Shown here: one piece after another, positions 8,838 through 20,052 of the stretch
How the letters are laid out: the number at the start of each line of letters is the position of its first letter
Numbering within the stretch: position 1 is the first letter of the stretch
Virus record (IMG/VR): IMGVR_UViG_3300031414_000009
Span: 32,001 to 96,000 of that record
Length of the DNA: 64,000 nt
Reading direction: 5' to 3' (one strand)
DNA from: a virus
Program-made: the position numbers and the translations under genes
Notes under the pieces: generated by a model
Database searches by the model: none
The model's input: the letters and a program-made list of their open reading frames with translations, nothing else
What the model was told of the DNA's origin: nothing

Positions 8838-9168
8838 CTTTATTTTCCTTACAGTTGGGATTGCTAATCAGCATACCATTGGCATCTTTGAACGTAACGT
8901 CGATCGAACCGTCCAACAAGCCTTGTAGTGTAGTTAATACCTCCTGCGCTCTGCTGTGCGCAAAGAAGTTATCGCTACTGATATAGTACATGATCTCACG
9001 CACTTGTTGATTCGTGGCCTTCTTACCTAATTCAGTGGCCAAAGCACGCATGGTGCGATTCTTCGGTTTCTTGCAATTAGGTTCGTCGAGTTCACGCATC
9101 TGAGTGGAGATAGCTAAGAGCGCAGTGGATAACTCATGTCCCATCTGGGGTAGCGGGAGTTGTTCCAT
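8830..9168 (-). CDS. hypothetical helical protein, weakly similar to 24102-24338
   Basis: ATG 9168 with AAGGA SD; KNRTMRALA...VREI vs SNSKLRKCA...VRDV. Confidence 0.65.
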   Translation of the reverse strand: MEQLPLPQMGHELSTALLAISTQMRELDEPNCKKPKNRTMRALATELGKKATNQQVREIMYYISSDNFFAHSRAQEVLTTLQGLLDGSIDVTFKDANGMLISNPNCKENKDE

Positions 9169-9466
9169 TTTGTTCCTTATAAAAGTAATCGAGTGAAAGG
9201 CCAAAGGCGTTATTGATAAAACGACTACCGGCTTTTGGGTCGGGTGGGTTCTCGTTACTACAGAAGAACAAATCCACTTCCAACCCCTTAGACTCGTCTA
9301 TAATCAACTTTACTCTGCGATCTAGCCGATGTACTACCTCAGCCAGAAAGTTCTTCAGAGTCCGACTGACGTCGTCTAAGGGGGTGTCGTATTGTGGATA
9401 CGAACACACCCCAACGAGTTTGTCTTCTAGGTCAGAATCGAAGAACGATAAGACTATAAAAGACAT
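9134..9466 (-). CDS. hypothetical protein
   Basis: 110-aa ORF with SD. Confidence 0.6.
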   Translation of the reverse strand: MSFIVLSFFDSDLEDKLVGVCSYPQYDTPLDDVSRTLKNFLAEVVHRLDRRVKLIIDESKGLEVDLFFCSNENPPDPKAGSRFINNAFGLSLDYFYKEQNGTTPATPDGT

Positions 9467-9476
9467 TTATCGTTCC

Positions 9477-10391
9477 TTAGTTTTCCACCGCAGTTTTGCT
9501 CAGGCGAGCTTGCGCATGGTTGTAAGTATTATCGCGACCGAAGTCAATCACGCGGATGCTGGATTGCGCGATTATCGGGTACATAGTAACGACGATCGCT
9601 ATAAAATAGTACCCGGCTTCAGCGTTATGACGTACTTCAACGGTGTGGGTATAACCGAAGTTTTCATCACGCAGTAAACCCGCATATGCTTCGACTAACT
9701 CTTTACTCTCATGACGTAACGCAACGGCCACACCGTGCCGATGGTGCTTAACCAAGACCGGCATAACGTCAGATGGCACTGCCCAAGACTGAGGTGTCTG
9801 CTCAGCGGTGAGATCAATGTCGCTTTCGTCTTCAATGGGCAGCTCTAAGAAACCCATGAAGTAGAGGCGAAGTTTGTACAGTACGTCGTACAACAACTTA
9901 GTCTTCTCAGGCTTACCCGCTGTAAATGTACAGTGACCCCCCTGGAACCCGATGCAGATGGTCGGTTCCGGCGGTAGACGCTCGCCATTTACCTCCCTTG
10001 GGTTTTCCAACGCTAGGCGATAGCAGCCAGTTAGGTTAAAACCAAATTCGCTCGGTGTACGCACATTCCAGTCGTATTCGCTTGGGGCGTTGACAACCAT
10101 CAACACATACCCGGTCTTAGAGACACGCAGGTTGTTGATGTTGGGGAACTGCATAAACGGTACAAACTGCATCGCGTCGAAATCATTGCTAATGGCGACG
10201 GTTGGCGCTTCGGTGGGTATTGTGGTAAGTTCCTCAACGTGCACGTAGAACTCTACACCCAGGGAGTCTTCCACAGTGACAACACCCGGTTCGTTACCTG
10301 GACCGAGATAAAGTACTGATTTAGTGCAAATGCCACCATCCGGATCGTTCCACAGATACCAGCTATTTCTTACCAGTTCGATCTCTTTCAT
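9477..10391 (-). CDS. hypothetical protein
   Basis: 304-aa ORF, ATGA-coupled. Confidence 0.75.
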   Translation of the reverse strand: MKEIELVRNSWYLWNDPDGGICTKSVLYLGPGNEPGVVTVEDSLGVEFYVHVEELTTIPTEAPTVAISNDFDAMQFVPFMQFPNINNLRVSKTGYVLMVVNAPSEYDWNVRTPSEFGFNLTGCYRLALENPREVNGERLPPEPTICIGFQGGHCTFTAGKPEKTKLLYDVLYKLRLYFMGFLELPIEDESDIDLTAEQTPQSWAVPSDVMPVLVKHHRHGVAVALRHESKELVEAYAGLLRDENFGYTHTVEVRHNAEAGYYFIAIVVTMYPIIAQSSIRVIDFGRDNTYNHAQARLSKTAVEN

Positions 10392-10888
10392 TTCGGTTTC
10401 CTTTGTTTCTTAAAGTTAGAGGCCATGGCCGCCAGCTCTGCAAATGTGAAGATGGCAAACTGATGTTCTTTAGCATCGGTCGCTTTACAGAACAACTTCA
10501 CTGCATCTTCCAGAGTGTCAGTTAAATGTAACGCCGAGAAACCATGTTCCTCAACGGTGAGGTGTTGTGAACGACAACGTAACACGCCCGGTCCGTTTAT
10601 GAGACGAGCTTCAGAAAGGAAGCCGGCTTCCTTGTCGATAAAGTAATCGCGCAGTATGCCGTGTTCGTCCACTACCCCTGTCAACCAACGGCTATCGTGA
10701 TTGATGTTATCTGAAACACCGCCAGCGCGATAGTCCAGGAAGTTGGCAAAGACCGGACTAGTTGGGATCAACACACCAAACTGAGTCACTAAGTTTTGTA
10801 CCGGGATGTGCGTGTACATCGCATTAGGACGAACCTCACCACACACGAAAGCAATGCGGTCGTCTCTGACCATATAAACGTTTGACAT
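10388..10888 (-). CDS. probable inactive HslV/proteasome-beta-like paralog
   Basis: C-terminal SALHLTDTLEDAVKL aligns with SAMLAGKTPKQAVEF of 10890-11411; lacks Thr1, ADxR and GSG. Confidence 0.5.
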   Translation of the reverse strand: MSNVYMVRDDRIAFVCGEVRPNAMYTHIPVQNLVTQFGVLIPTSPVFANFLDYRAGGVSDNINHDSRWLTGVVDEHGILRDYFIDKEAGFLSEARLINGPGVLRCRSQHLTVEEHGFSALHLTDTLEDAVKLFCKATDAKEHQFAIFTFAELAAMASNFKKQRKPK

Positions 10889-10889
10889 C

Positions 10890-11411
10890 TTAACCTGCCT
10901 TAATTGCTTTCAGTTTGTTTGCGTTAATAACGTCTACACCATATCCAGACAGCGCATCGTATCGGTTGGCAAACTCAACAGCTTGCTTAGGCGTTTTACC
11001 GGCGAGCATAGCAGATGATGCAAACGTAGCCCCAGTGCCAACGGTGTAGTAGTCAATAAACTCATCGGACACAGCGATCAGTCCTTCGATGATGCTGATG
11101 AAGAGTTTACGCGTCAGTATCAAGGTAGGCTTTTTCACGCGCTTGTTAATCGCCAACGCCATCTCTGTGAAACCTTCGTCCGTTAACTGACCGCCCCCGC
11201 TAAAGTGATGAGCTACCGCACGAAAGAGCTTTTCCAGATCTTCGGTGTGGTTCTTACTGAGGTCGATCCCCGTAGATCCATATGCGAATGTTCCGCACGG
11301 CGAGAGTTTGATCTTGGGACCATCTGCGAAATGCGTACCGCCATCGTCGCCCTTGATGAGTAATTGGCGATCTGCTGCAATGCATTTAGAGTTAACAACA
11401 ATCGTTGTCAT
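10890..11411 (-). CDS. HslV/proteasome-beta-like Ntn hydrolase
   Basis: M-T-T-I N terminus, IAADRQ, KI, VGTG, AM.AG.TP.QAV..A..YD..SG. Confidence 0.8.
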   Translation of the reverse strand: MTTIVVNSKCIAADRQLLIKGDDGGTHFADGPKIKLSPCGTFAYGSTGIDLSKNHTEDLEKLFRAVAHHFSGGGQLTDEGFTEMALAINKRVKKPTLILTRKLFISIIEGLIAVSDEFIDYYTVGTGATFASSAMLAGKTPKQAVEFANRYDALSGYGVDVINANKLKAIKAG

Positions 11412-11432
11412 TGTTTCGATTCCTTATCCAAC

Positions 11433-11473
11433 AAAATAGAATGAGAGTGGGTTTTCACCCACTCTCTTATGCC
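11433..11473. terminator. hairpin terminator
   Basis: GAGAGTGGGT/ACCCACTCTC stem with TTATGCC on the plus side. Confidence 0.7.
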
Positions 11474-11794
11474 TTAGTAGCCGTTAGACTTCATGTTACG
11501 ATCTGGGCTACCGCGACCGGTACGCTCAGGAGTACGCGCAGTTGCCTTGACCGCAGTGCGACCAATCAGCAGGCCGCCTTCAACCTGAAACGTGATGGAA
11601 TCGCCAACAGACAGACGACTCTCACCATCCAGATACTCGACCTTCACCGGGATCTGGCAATGGTCCTGACCGGAGATAAAGACGCCTTTCTTATTGATGG
11701 AAACCACTTCAGCTTTCGCGGTGGTAACAGAACCAGCTTTGCCTTCTTCAACATCCAGGAGCTGTTTGAATTTGTTATCGATAATCAGTTGCAT
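11474..11794 (-). CDS. cold-shock/OB-fold-like small protein
   Basis: KKGVFIS...LSVGDSITFQVEGG..GRTAVK resembles a CSD but lacks most aromatic RNP residues. Confidence 0.55.
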   Translation of the reverse strand: MQLIIDNKFKQLLDVEEGKAGSVTTAKAEVVSINKKGVFISGQDHCQIPVKVEYLDGESRLSVGDSITFQVEGGLLIGRTAVKATARTPERTGRGSPDRNMKSNGY

Positions 11795-11822
11795 CTTTTC
11801 ATTCCTATTGGTAAATGGAGTC

Positions 11823-14187
<2,365 letters not shown>

Positions 14188-14253
14188 TGCGTTTCCTTAT
14201 ATGGGTTAATCAGAGTATTTCTCGTGCGTGTAATTTACTACGTCATATGCACT

Positions 14254-14277
14254 AGGATAATGTATACTTCAAAGTTT
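14254..14277 (-). promoter_or_regulatory. putative early promoter upstream of the Tad1-like/ligA operon
   Basis: AAACTTTGAAGTATACATTATCCT, variant of the 8-copy motif. Confidence 0.6.
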
Positions 14278-14283
14278 ATTGAA

Positions 14284-14332
14284 CAAAAAAGAAAAGGATA
14301 GAAAAGAGGAGACCCGAAGGTCTCCTCTGTAT
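14284..14332 (-). terminator. hairpin terminator, near-duplicate of 32490-32537
   Basis: AGAGGAGACC-TTCG-GGTCTCCTCT followed by T-rich tail. Confidence 0.8.
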
Positions 14333-14333
14333 G

Positions 14334-14867
14334 TTACGCGTTATCCATAAAGTGGCGTGTGATTTTAGCCATAGCGTTAACAAAATTAGCATCGCTCAGA
14401 TATGTCTCAGTGAAGTCCACCGGTCCGTTTTCCAGATGCACCGCAGACATCACATCAACCTCGAGTTCTTTACAGCGAACTACAACTGTAACTTGCGTCA
14501 GCTTGCCATCGATGCGGTCGAGCATAAGACCACCGATCACGCCATTGTTGGTTTCGAAGTATTCCCAGTGATCTTCGGACATCCATGGTTTGTTGCTGTA
14601 CATGCGGGCCAGGTCGCGACGCAGTTCTTCACGCTGTGCGTCGGTCAGATCCAGTTCACTGTTGTGCGACTGTACATAGATGATGCGATCCAGATGTTCA
14701 ACGTCCAGCTGCTCCAGAGGTTTGGAATCGGTGATTACAGTTTTTGATTTCTCTACGCCAGTGTCAGTGGCACTGACTACAACGTGACCAAGGTTTGCGG
14801 TTGGGAACTCAGGCACGATAGATACGGTGGTGGTGTTGCTCAGAATGAAAGTAGTTAATGCGATCAT
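14334..14867 (-). CDS. hypothetical early protein (monocistronic)
   Basis: 177 aa between an early promoter and a terminator; AAGGA SD. Confidence 0.75.
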   Translation of the reverse strand: MIALTTFILSNTTTVSIVPEFPTANLGHVVVSATDTGVEKSKTVITDSKPLEQLDVEHLDRIIYVQSHNSELDLTDAQREELRRDLARMYSNKPWMSEDHWEYFETNNGVIGGLMLDRIDGKLTQVTVVVRCKELEVDVMSAVHLENGPVDFTETYLSDANFVNAMAKITRHFMDNA

Positions 14868-14922
14868 TGTTTTGCTTCCTTATAAAGAGTAAGTTGAGTG
14901 AACAGTGCTGTTACTATTCACT

Positions 14923-14946
14923 CGAGTACTATATATCTGAAAATTT
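14923..14946 (-). promoter_or_regulatory. putative early promoter
   Basis: AAATTTTCAGATATATAGTACTCG. Confidence 0.65.
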
Positions 14947-14959
14947 GCTGAAACGGTGG

Positions 14960-15451
14960 TTAACGATCGCGCACGCGCATTAACGCATCGCCCAACATAT
15001 TCAGCCCACGCCAACACGTCTGGTCCATATGGTCTGGATGATCGATATCCATACCGATGCCCCAAAGCGTATCTGTGGGAGATGCTTCCACCAAGACACG
15101 TTTACCGGTAGCTTTCAGTTGTGCCATCAACTCGGGATTCTGTTCGAACTTAGCAGACAATACGTCGCACATTGTAGCAAAGCGTTCACCAGCCCATACC
15201 TGGTCATTATAAGGCGAGACCTCACGACCAAGCATCTTGCAGACAAATGGCGCATTGCGTTTGATCGGTTCAACGGCAGCAATCTTGGCAGCGGTTTTGT
15301 AGTCTTTGAAGTGCATGGCTTTCAACCACATAAACGCCTGCTCAGAGCAGAAGAAATCGACGCCTGCCATACTAAAGTTACAGAGGTAGAAGTTGCTGTA
15401 GATATCGTCCCCATAATAGAAGAAGACGAAATCATCAGTTGTCTTTATCAT
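14960..15451 (-). CDS. NADAR (YbiA-like) hydrolase
   Basis: YSNFY, SEQAFMWLKA, LGREV, KFEQN, LVEASPTDTLWGIG, GLNMLGDALMRVR. Confidence 0.93.
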   Translation of the reverse strand: MIKTTDDFVFFYYGDDIYSNFYLCNFSMAGVDFFCSEQAFMWLKAMHFKDYKTAAKIAAVEPIKRNAPFVCKMLGREVSPYNDQVWAGERFATMCDVLSAKFEQNPELMAQLKATGKRVLVEASPTDTLWGIGMDIDHPDHMDQTCWRGLNMLGDALMRVRDR

Positions 15452-15702
15452 ACCGCACCACCGCTCTGCTTGTACACGTCACCATCGCCTGGGACTAGCA
15501 GTGACGGAACGGAGGCAATGGCAGTCCAGTCCACTTCGCGTTTATCTAATTCCATACTACGAATCAGGTCTTTGCATTTGAAAGCAATGCTCTGATATTT
15601 GCGACGCCCTTTTGGGATTACCCGCGTTGGGTTTTTACGGTGGAGTTTCTTCTTCTCCTGACGTGTCATTTTAACGCCCGGCTTTAATTCTGATTTTGCC
15701 AT
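15448..15702 (-). CDS. small basic hypothetical protein
   Basis: 84 aa, K/R-rich, overlaps both neighbours. Confidence 0.6.
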   Translation of the reverse strand: MAKSELKPGVKMTRQEKKKLHRKNPTRVIPKGRRKYQSIAFKCKDLIRSMELDKREVDWTAIASVPSLLVPGDGDVYKQSGGAV

Positions 15703-16196
15703 CTTAACATCCTCTTTAACTTTTCAGAAAAGGTGGGTTGCTCTTTCTCCACAGGTTTGAAGAACTCGAAGAATTCAGCAACCGTGTGGCATGCCTGAGC
15801 AGCGAGTATGCAATTGGTTAAAATAGCGTGCTCATCGCTCTTGAGTGGGTTAAGTCCAGGTAAGTCATACGGATGACGCTTGCCCGCTTCAATGTTCTCA
15901 GGCGTCCATACAGGCGACACCAGAACCCCTGGGTGTTTGTGCCCAGCTACGTCATTGACAAGCCAGGTACCGTCGTAGGTTACGATCAGTGCACGATGTG
16001 TCATACCACCGTAATACTTATCGCCCCGCTCAAGATAACCATCTAACAGTTGGTCGATGTGTTCCTTGAAACAATACACACCCACCATGATAATCTTACT
16101 ACCTGCCCAATAAGCATCCGGTCCGTTTTTGCTATACGCAAAACACAATTGGGTTGCGCTATCCGGCACACCAGACGAAGAAAGCATTACTCTCAT
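15684..16196 (-). CDS. hypothetical protein, possibly a degenerate proteasome-beta-like paralog
   Basis: KIIMVG, ALIVTYDG and ILAAQACHTVAEFFEF fall in the order of the Ntn-fold elements; no catalytic Thr. Confidence 0.45.
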   Translation of the reverse strand: MRVMLSSSGVPDSATQLCFAYSKNGPDAYWAGSKIIMVGVYCFKEHIDQLLDGYLERGDKYYGGMTHRALIVTYDGTWLVNDVAGHKHPGVLVSPVWTPENIEAGKRHPYDLPGLNPLKSDEHAILTNCILAAQACHTVAEFFEFFKPVEKEQPTFSEKLKRMLRWQNQN

Positions 16197-16642
16197 TGTA
16201 AACTCCCATTGAAAACGTATTCCAACTTGCCACGTCTGTATGCGCCCTTAACAACTTCGTTCAGGTCATATCCGTAGCGGTTGACGAAGATACGGCTGTA
16301 GTGACCCAGCAGTTCTTCTGAGACCGTCACTAACGGCTTGTCGCATTCGAGTGCATCCATCGCATGCTCTAATAACCTCAGACCCAAGCCCGTGTTCTGA
16401 CACTGCGGGTTCACACGAACACAGCGCAGTTTGGTTTCCTCTGCTTTTTTGGCCAAAACAAAACCGACCAAGTCCCCGCCAACAAAAGCCCCTATTGCTA
16501 GGTTGCTCTCGTTGGCGGGGTCGGATAGGACTTTGTTGCGATACCAGTTGTCAATGTTCGGGTAATACTGATCGAGGGTTAGCAGTGAAGGGGTGAGGAG
16601 CCGAAGCTCCTCCAATGTTTTAAGTTTTCTTATTTCTACCAT
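16193..16642 (-). CDS. GNAT acetyltransferase
   Basis: YPNIDNWY, LVGF, KLRCVRVNPQCQNTGLG..L acetyl-CoA motif A, YRRGKLEYVFNG. Confidence 0.9.
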   Translation of the reverse strand: MVEIRKLKTLEELRLLTPSLLTLDQYYPNIDNWYRNKVLSDPANESNLAIGAFVGGDLVGFVLAKKAEETKLRCVRVNPQCQNTGLGLRLLEHAMDALECDKPLVTVSEELLGHYSRIFVNRYGYDLNEVVKGAYRRGKLEYVFNGSLQ

Positions 16643-17003
16643 TGTCTAACCAGAATATAAACCTTAACCAAAGCCGACCCCACCAATACTTATTGAGTTT
16701 GGTAAACATCTGGACCGACTCACCCATTTCTTTAAACACTTCCGAGTTGGAGAACACATCCACTTGTCCATATGGAGTGTGTAATGCCACATACCACCCG
16801 TGAGGATCGCCGGGCTTATCCTTGATCTCTTTGAGTTCCCAGTCTGGATAGTTGCGTGCTACTTCATCGTGCATTGCACCTGGGTCATACAGGTAATCAA
16901 TGCGAAGGGAATCCTTAACGTGGTCAGGTACGTTATCGTGCCACCAATCCGGGGCAGCGGGGTTTTCATCCAACCACGCCTTTGCTTTGATTAAACTATC
17001 CAT
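16620..17003 (-). CDS. hypothetical protein
   Basis: 127 aa, AAGGA SD. Confidence 0.7.
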   Translation of the reverse strand: MDSLIKAKAWLDENPAAPDWWHDNVPDHVKDSLRIDYLYDPGAMHDEVARNYPDWELKEIKDKPGDPHGWYVALHTPYGQVDVFSNSEVFKEMGESVQMFTKLNKYWWGRLWLRFIFWLDNGRNKKT

Positions 17004-17012
17004 TCTGGTTCC

Positions 17013-17657
17013 TTAGCATTTAAATGTGTTGTTGTACCACGTACCGACCCTAGCTGCATAGCTAAGCAGGCAACCGTAGAACACGCGAAGCATTGGACGG
17101 CGATATAACTTAGTCATCATCTTCGGTTCTCTGGCATTCGTGTCGTAGATCCTTAAGTACCCACCACACGTATCCGAAAGCGCTAGGGCAGCGCACACGG
17201 TACCGATTTCGTCAGTCTTGAAGAACCGGGTAATGACCTCCACTGGAGCACGCCCAGATCCAATGCATACCAATTCATCTCGCTTGTGATTTTTAACTAT
17301 AAAAGGAGGACCTTCTGTTGAGCGACGGAAATTAACCTCGTAACAATGGTTAGCAGTCAATACCAGCATGACACAATCCAACCCGATAGCCGCCTTTGTA
17401 TTGCGGAGTATTTTGTACGAGTCTAATGCTTCTTTCCCGCCCTTCATCAATATATCGGTTGCTATGGTAATAGCCTCAGAAGCCCCGGCACCAGCAACCG
17501 CCAAAATGACTTCCTTGTCCCAAACCGCAAGTTTGTTTTCTAACTTGTAACTGGGATATGATGTTATCTTCACGATGTTCTCGTGTTGAGAAACCCCACG
17601 AGATACTGTTCGGGAGTCGGCATAGAAAACACCACCACGTTGAACAATGACCGTCAT
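17013..17657 (-). CDS. HslV/proteasome-beta-like Ntn hydrolase
   Basis: M-T-V-I N terminus, YADSR, VKI, AVAGAG, CIGSG, SDTCGG. Confidence 0.75.
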   Translation of the reverse strand: MTVIVQRGGVFYADSRTVSRGVSQHENIVKITSYPSYKLENKLAVWDKEVILAVAGAGASEAITIATDILMKGGKEALDSYKILRNTKAAIGLDCVMLVLTANHCYEVNFRRSTEGPPFIVKNHKRDELVCIGSGRAPVEVITRFFKTDEIGTVCAALALSDTCGGYLRIYDTNAREPKMMTKLYRRPMLRVFYGCLLSYAARVGTWYNNTFKC

Positions 17658-17659
17658 CG

Positions 17660-17992
17660 CTACTCCTTAATTAACACCAGAACCTCGCCATCCATATCTG
17701 CCAGTCCTGCGGCATACAGCAACGCATCTTCCACCTCCAGACCGTTAGACTCGCCTTCCAGCAACAACTCAATGGTGCGTCGGGCTAACCAGCTAGGTAG
17801 AGTATATGTGGTGTTGCCTTTGAGCAGGGCTATGGCATTCACTTTGTCATATGGGTCTTCAAAGTGAACCATGAACGAGTGTGACGGTGTGGTGTACTTC
17901 CGGTCCACAACACGAGTGGCTTTATACAACAATGCCGTGTCCCAAACCGTAAACTGGCGCTTAGTTACTTGGATTGGATTTGCGTTGTTCAT
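17660..17992 (-). CDS. shortened inactive proteasome-beta-like paralog
   Basis: IQV....WDTALLYK...RK aligns with IVV....ADRQLLIK...PK of 10890-11411; C-terminal GLEVEDALLYAAGLADMDG. Confidence 0.5.
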   Translation of the reverse strand: MNNANPIQVTKRQFTVWDTALLYKATRVVDRKYTTPSHSFMVHFEDPYDKVNAIALLKGNTTYTLPSWLARRTIELLLEGESNGLEVEDALLYAAGLADMDGEVLVLIKE

Positions 17993-18270
17993 AAGACCCC
18001 CGGATGTGGATTTGTGATAACCCATTGTTTACAGCGTTCCATGACAGCTTCCACGTCATCGCGATCCACGCCAGCATCCAACAGACCGGTTTCGATGTCC
18101 GGTAAGGTTTGGAAATCCCAACGACCGTCCAGTCGAGCTGCCGTAATAAAGTCTATCCAGTCTATTCGCAATTTTCTTTTTACGATGATCTCGTTTAAAG
18201 AAACATCAAGCGGTAGACCGTGGGTCGCCTTGAGTTGAAACAGTTTGTCGCCCGGAAATAAATTAGACAT
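17989..18270 (-). CDS. stand-alone alanyl-tRNA synthetase helical module
   Basis: PGDKLFQLKATHGLPLDV...KRKLRIDWIDF vs AlaRS DGETAFRLYDTYGFPVDL...ERNIKVDEAGF. Confidence 0.7.
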   Translation of the reverse strand: MSNLFPGDKLFQLKATHGLPLDVSLNEIIVKRKLRIDWIDFITAARLDGRWDFQTLPDIETGLLDAGVDRDDVEAVMERCKQWVITNPHPGVL

Positions 18271-18292
18271 ATCGGTTCCCTAATAACAATGT

Positions 18293-18335
18293 GGCGTAAT
18301 AAAACCAGGTACGGAAACCCGTACCTGGCTGTATG
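18293..18335 (-). terminator. intrinsic terminator
   Basis: CCAGGTACGG/CCGTACCTGG stem followed by TTTT. Confidence 0.75.
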
Positions 18336-18338
18336 CTG

Positions 18339-18938
18339 TTACTTACTACTGGACGACCGTGAGAAGCTCACAGGTTCATTCAGTCCGGTTTCAAAAGCCT
18401 TACGTGAGCGTGAATCACTTACGACCTTACAGACGTCTTTCAGATCGATCTTCGGATATCCGGCAAAGCGCAGGAAAGCACCGCCGATGACGTAGTTCAG
18501 GCGTTTCTGATAATCACGGCAAGATTCGATCTTGCGAGACTGTGAGATCTGGAACTCTTTACGACCGCCGTTAATAATGTCTTGCACCTTGGCATACACA
18601 GAAGAATCGAGCGTCGGGTTTTGCTCTTTAATCCACTGCATAGTCGCCTTAGAGCCTTCAGCACCGTAGCGGCCTGACATTGCTGCCGCCAGAGAGTCCT
18701 GGAAGTCCTTAGCATAAACGTTAACGATCCCAGCCTGTTCCTGGATGTTCGTGGTCACTGAGGAAAGCACGTTCTCACTGTCGCTGTTCAACGCTTCGAT
18801 ATTTGCTTCCATCGTTGCGCCGGTGTTAGATGCAGAGATATAACTAACCACCACACCCACTACACCAACTGCCAGGAGCAGAACCAAAGCAATAGCAATC
18901 AATGCGCCCAGACCCAAACCTTTCTTTTTATCAGTCAT
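18339..18938 (-). CDS. membrane-anchored helical (LemA-like) protein
   Basis: N-terminal TM, helical body, GRYG..GS..MQWIKEQNP and GYPKIDL motifs. Confidence 0.65.
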   Translation of the reverse strand: MTDKKKGLGLGALIAIALVLLLAVGVVGVVVSYISASNTGATMEANIEALNSDSENVLSSVTTNIQEQAGIVNVYAKDFQDSLAAAMSGRYGAEGSKATMQWIKEQNPTLDSSVYAKVQDIINGGRKEFQISQSRKIESCRDYQKRLNYVIGGAFLRFAGYPKIDLKDVCKVVSDSRSRKAFETGLNEPVSFSRSSSSK

Positions 18939-18949
18939 CTTACTTTCCT

Positions 18950-20011
18950 TTAAGCGAAATCATTTCGTTTCATATACAGACTCACCCAGATACTTGCGGC
19001 GAGGTTAATTACTACAAAGATCAGCACGCCCCACCAACTAGGCTGGTAGCTGTCTTCCAGGTATGCAAAGGTCTGTGCAGGCAACCGCTCGTACTTTCCT
19101 TTTATTAACGCATACTGCTTGGTAACGAGTTCAAGGTTCAGTGTGTGTCCAGCCGCTAAGGTAGCCAACTCCGACAACAGTATCTGATTACCCTGTCCGT
19201 CACCATACGTCATTGCACGGAACCATTTGATTTTACCATCCGGTTCTACGCCATACACCAGAACCGTGTCGTTCTTACGAACACCTTTCCAATGTTCGTT
19301 GATTACCTCGAAGTAGTCATCGTCTTTCGGCGTTACCAACATCGTGATATTCAACTGTTTCGCCTTACCATCTACCTTAAGGGCATCATCGAGATAATCC
19401 TTAATAATCGACACATCCAATGCAGTTTCGTTGACAATGCGATTGAAGCGATAGTAGTCGTATACGCGAGGATAGTCAGGTAATGTAACGCCCTTATATT
19501 TCTCCCGCACCGTGGATGACGTTTTGAATCGATCTTCGTCAACCATCAGATAACTACGCACGCTTTCTTCCGCAGAGGCCGCTTCACCAATCTTCACTGC
19601 TAACCAGCGAGGAGGTGGTGTTAGTCCACGTCTGTCAATGCGATCGATGGTGCTATTGCCTACCGTGGTATTAACATTCCAATCCACATCGTAGGCGTGA
19701 TCTTTACAATAGATAGGATGGCATGTGCGGTGCTTTCCTGATCCACTACATGTTTCACCGCACTTGTGTTCGTGTTCGCAGGTGACGTGTTCCGAGTACT
19801 TCTTTGTCACCACTCCGTTCAGAACATCGAAGTCCGTCATCGCGTGGTACTTACCAATGGACAAGAACCCGACACAGAGAACTGTAGTGAAAAGACAAGC
19901 GAGTAACTGATAGCCCCACTCTTTTAGAGTTATCTCGTGTGGCCATAAGACCTTAGTAAAGATCGCAACGAGTACGCTCGGCGCTGCGATAAGAAACCAA
20001 TAAATGCCCAT
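18950..20011 (-). CDS. membrane protein with Cys/His-rich periplasmic segment
   Basis: Two N-terminal TMs, CEHEHKC..C...C...C..H, C-terminal TM; adjacent to 18339-18938. Confidence 0.75.
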   Translation of the reverse strand: MGIYWFLIAAPSVLVAIFTKVLWPHEITLKEWGYQLLACLFTTVLCVGFLSIGKYHAMTDFDVLNGVVTKKYSEHVTCEHEHKCGETCSGSGKHRTCHPIYCKDHAYDVDWNVNTTVGNSTIDRIDRRGLTPPPRWLAVKIGEAASAEESVRSYLMVDEDRFKTSSTVREKYKGVTLPDYPRVYDYYRFNRIVNETALDVSIIKDYLDDALKVDGKAKQLNITMLVTPKDDDYFEVINEHWKGVRKNDTVLVYGVEPDGKIKWFRAMTYGDGQGNQILLSELATLAAGHTLNLELVTKQYALIKGKYERLPAQTFAYLEDSYQPSWWGVLIFVVINLAASIWVSLYMKRNDFA

Positions 20012-20052
20012 AGCGCTTTTCCGAAGAAGGGGCGACTAGCGCCCCTGTAGTA

